A DNA stretch of 63,992 bases, counting the filler, from Sphacelaria rigidula (Eukaryota): the NCBI GenBank assembly GCA_964200075.2. It is 3 parts of 3 records of this genome, joined end to end, with 100 filler letters (N's around TTAATTAATTAA, not from the genome) between each part and the next. Parts side by side here need not be neighbours in the genome. Positions count along the whole stretch, not along the records: positions 43,424 to 63,992 come from CAXNAA020000516.1; 2 more parts are not named here. One strand, given 5' to 3'. Below the pieces are notes generated by a model. The model was not told the origin of the DNA. It made no database searches and worked only from the letters and a program-made list of their open reading frames with translations. Shown piece after piece: positions 61,561 to 63,992 of the stretch. A program made the translations under genes and the position numbers. Position 1 is the first letter of the stretch. Each line of letters starts with the position of its first letter.

Positions 61561-63992
61561 TGGAAAGGCCCAATTGCTTGCTCGGCCTAAGGGCCAATAG
61601 TTTAAAAAGGGTCCTGAAACCGAGAGCACTCCGTTGTTGTCTCATTTCCCCAGTACAAAAATGTATATTATACTCTCCACATAAAATGTAAAACCCCACT
61701 TGTGCACTGCCAAAAGGGGGGGGGTCAGCCTTGGAAAAGTCGCTCATACAAAATAACACGTCATGATAACCCTATTTCTTCGCCACGCGACAAAGTGTGT
61801 GCCACCCTGCAGATATATACTGCAACCATCTTATGAGGTTACCTTGAATAAGAGAACTGTATATATTATTCGCCTTTCCCTCATATTGTCATGATCCAGC
61901 GTCACTATCCATTTCCCTTGCACCCAGGCATGTGTACATGTATCTATCCTTGAGTGTGAGTATATTCGATTAGCCCTCCTACTCACGGCTCAACTCTACT
62001 TAAGTCTCAAGTGTCATATTCTCATATTCGATTAGCCCTCCTTCCCACGTCTCTATTCTCTCAGGGGGAACCGGAGAGTTATCCGTGTGGAAAATAAAAA
62101 AATGGCGGTGGTGGTGGTAGTGATCCCTTGTCATTCCACGGGCCAAACCCTTGCACTTTTTCAAATCAAGTGTCCTTCACGCTAGAAACCACCTCATTGC
62201 GCATCTTTAGGCTGTATACGAATCCCCACGAAGTTTCAGGTCATTTCGTTCTCCCTGGGTTGAGTTTGATCCATGGCTGCTGATGCGTCTGTGCCCGCTG
62301 CCCGGCGCTGCACGGACGATGGGTCGGAGAGATGTAACACACGCGCACAAAAACTTTGGAATAGTAGATATCTGTCAATACGGCAGCAAAATAAACGAAT
62401 GGCATATCAAATTAAAGATCTCCTTTATCACAAATACACCCACACGTGTGTTTCTGTCACCGTTTCCTGTGCGTTCAGAAATTGTGGCCTATCGTCCCAG
62501 GGGTTGCGCTAAGTGCATTTCGTATACTCCCTCGAACCTCTTTTTCAGAATTCCAGGAAACTTCCGAATCTGTATTTATCCAACAAAATGGGGTGTTTGC
62601 GTGGATGAAACTCGGGTTTGGTCCTGAAGTTCAGAGCAAAATGCAACTGTCACCCGACTTCGGTTAAACAACTAGCTTTTAAAGACCCCACCGACTATGG
62701 TGATGTGAAGACCAGATTTGGGTGCTGGGCCTGGTTGGGCTCGGTCTTTCCTATTGGCCAACAATCTCAAGTCCGCTCGATCTTTACCGGTACGGTGTTT
62801 TGGGAAGCACATTTGCCCACAAAGTCCGCAGCAAAGGGACCGTTGTGATCTCCACTCGGTTTGGTCTTTTAAATGTTCATGCTATTGGTCGGCAGACCCG
62901 ACGGGTTTTCCGTCCTGTGACGGTTTAACCCTTGGACCGCGAGGTTAGTGTTCTGTTGAATCGGCATCAATTTCAAGTGAAAAAAAATATGCATGATCCA
63001 GGAAGACTAATCTCGCGGACTAAGGGTTAAGAGATAACCAACTAGACTACTGACCAGTCAGTCCTCCCGGCATATGCCACACCAGCTCTATCAACGCGCG
63101 TAGGGCGTACACCACACCATACGCCGAAGACGGTTGGTGTGACATTGGTGTTCACATGGAGTCAGCACAGCAGCATATGCACAAAGAAAGAGTGTTGAGC
63201 ACAACTTGACACAGACAGCGAGTAACACGAACAACATGAGACAAACGTGACGTGTATCCGGCGTGATGGAAGCATGCGATACAGCAGGACAAGTTTTTCG
63301 GCTCACCTCCCACAGATAAGACTGAGTCGAGGTGGCTTGAAAGATTTTCGCGCAAACCGCGATTATGGCCAGGCGTTTGAAAATCGGCCATCGGCAAAAA
63401 TTCAGGACCCATCTGAAATAAGTTGAAGACCTATCACATTGGACATGTGGTGTTTCATCGTGCTGCAGCACAAACATACTCGCGCTCTCTCTCATGTGCT
63501 GTAGCTGTCATTTGCGCTGTGGTGTGTTCGGGCCTTTGCGAAGACGGTTTGATCTCCGCTGGGACTGCGTCAGTTGCCTTCCTGTTGTCACTGCATTGGT
63601 CTTTACAGAAAATGAACGAAATTATGTTTTTCGGCAGGCAGTGCTGTATATGGGTACCTAGGATTACGTTCAGAGCTCTAGGCGCACGACTGACAAGAAC
63701 CGGGCTCACGAGAGCGAAGCGGGGCAACTCGAACTACTCTGAAAACAGTACACTTTAAGCAACCCTTCACCTCCACGTAACCTTACAAGTTGGGACGTTT
63801 TGAAAACGCTAGGGGTGCTCTACAAAGTTTTTCCATCACAGCACGGTGTTCAGGCACGCGAAACGTCGGTGTACAAGCATAGTTACCACTAACCAAAGTA
63901 TGTGTTCGCTTTGGCCATCGTAAAGGGGCATCACCACAGTCTCTGACATGTGGCATCAGCAATGGTTGTTTCAAACATCAAAATATGGCATG

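Noticed and set aside
61560-63992. Additional element or gene at the window end (exon-like 63412-63307 on minus; weak inverted similarity near 61590 and 62860)
   Set aside because: No recognisable protein motif or clear termini; cannot be supported.

Overview
Eukaryotic genomic DNA, most likely from a brown alga or other stramenopile. This is inferred from long, repeat-filled GT-AG introns, about 50% GC, GTACT/AAC/CA microsatellites and an ALOG-type DIRS element. The window is three contigs joined by two artificial 100-bp gaps (21617-21716, 43324-43423). Contig 1 holds a multi-exon minus-strand gene resembling HPS3 (BLOC-2 subunit), with a tRNA-derived SINE, MITEs and a deleted pogo-like transposon in its introns, and a piggyBac-like element downstream of it. 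Contig 2 is a 21.6-kb tandem array of a 63-bp monomer (51-bp variant) with ordered variants, local higher-order repeats and a hairpin in each monomer. Contig 3 holds a weakly supported exon cluster, a TGT...ACA MITE family with telomere-like hexamers and a truncated Ty3/Gypsy element. It also holds a degenerate minus-strand DIRS-type retrotransposon (gag, RT-RNaseH-methylase-like, Zn-ribbon/ALOG/tyrosine recombinase) whose gag appears split by a 2.4-kb phase-0 spliceosomal intron. All protein family calls come from motif recognition by eye; no database search was run.
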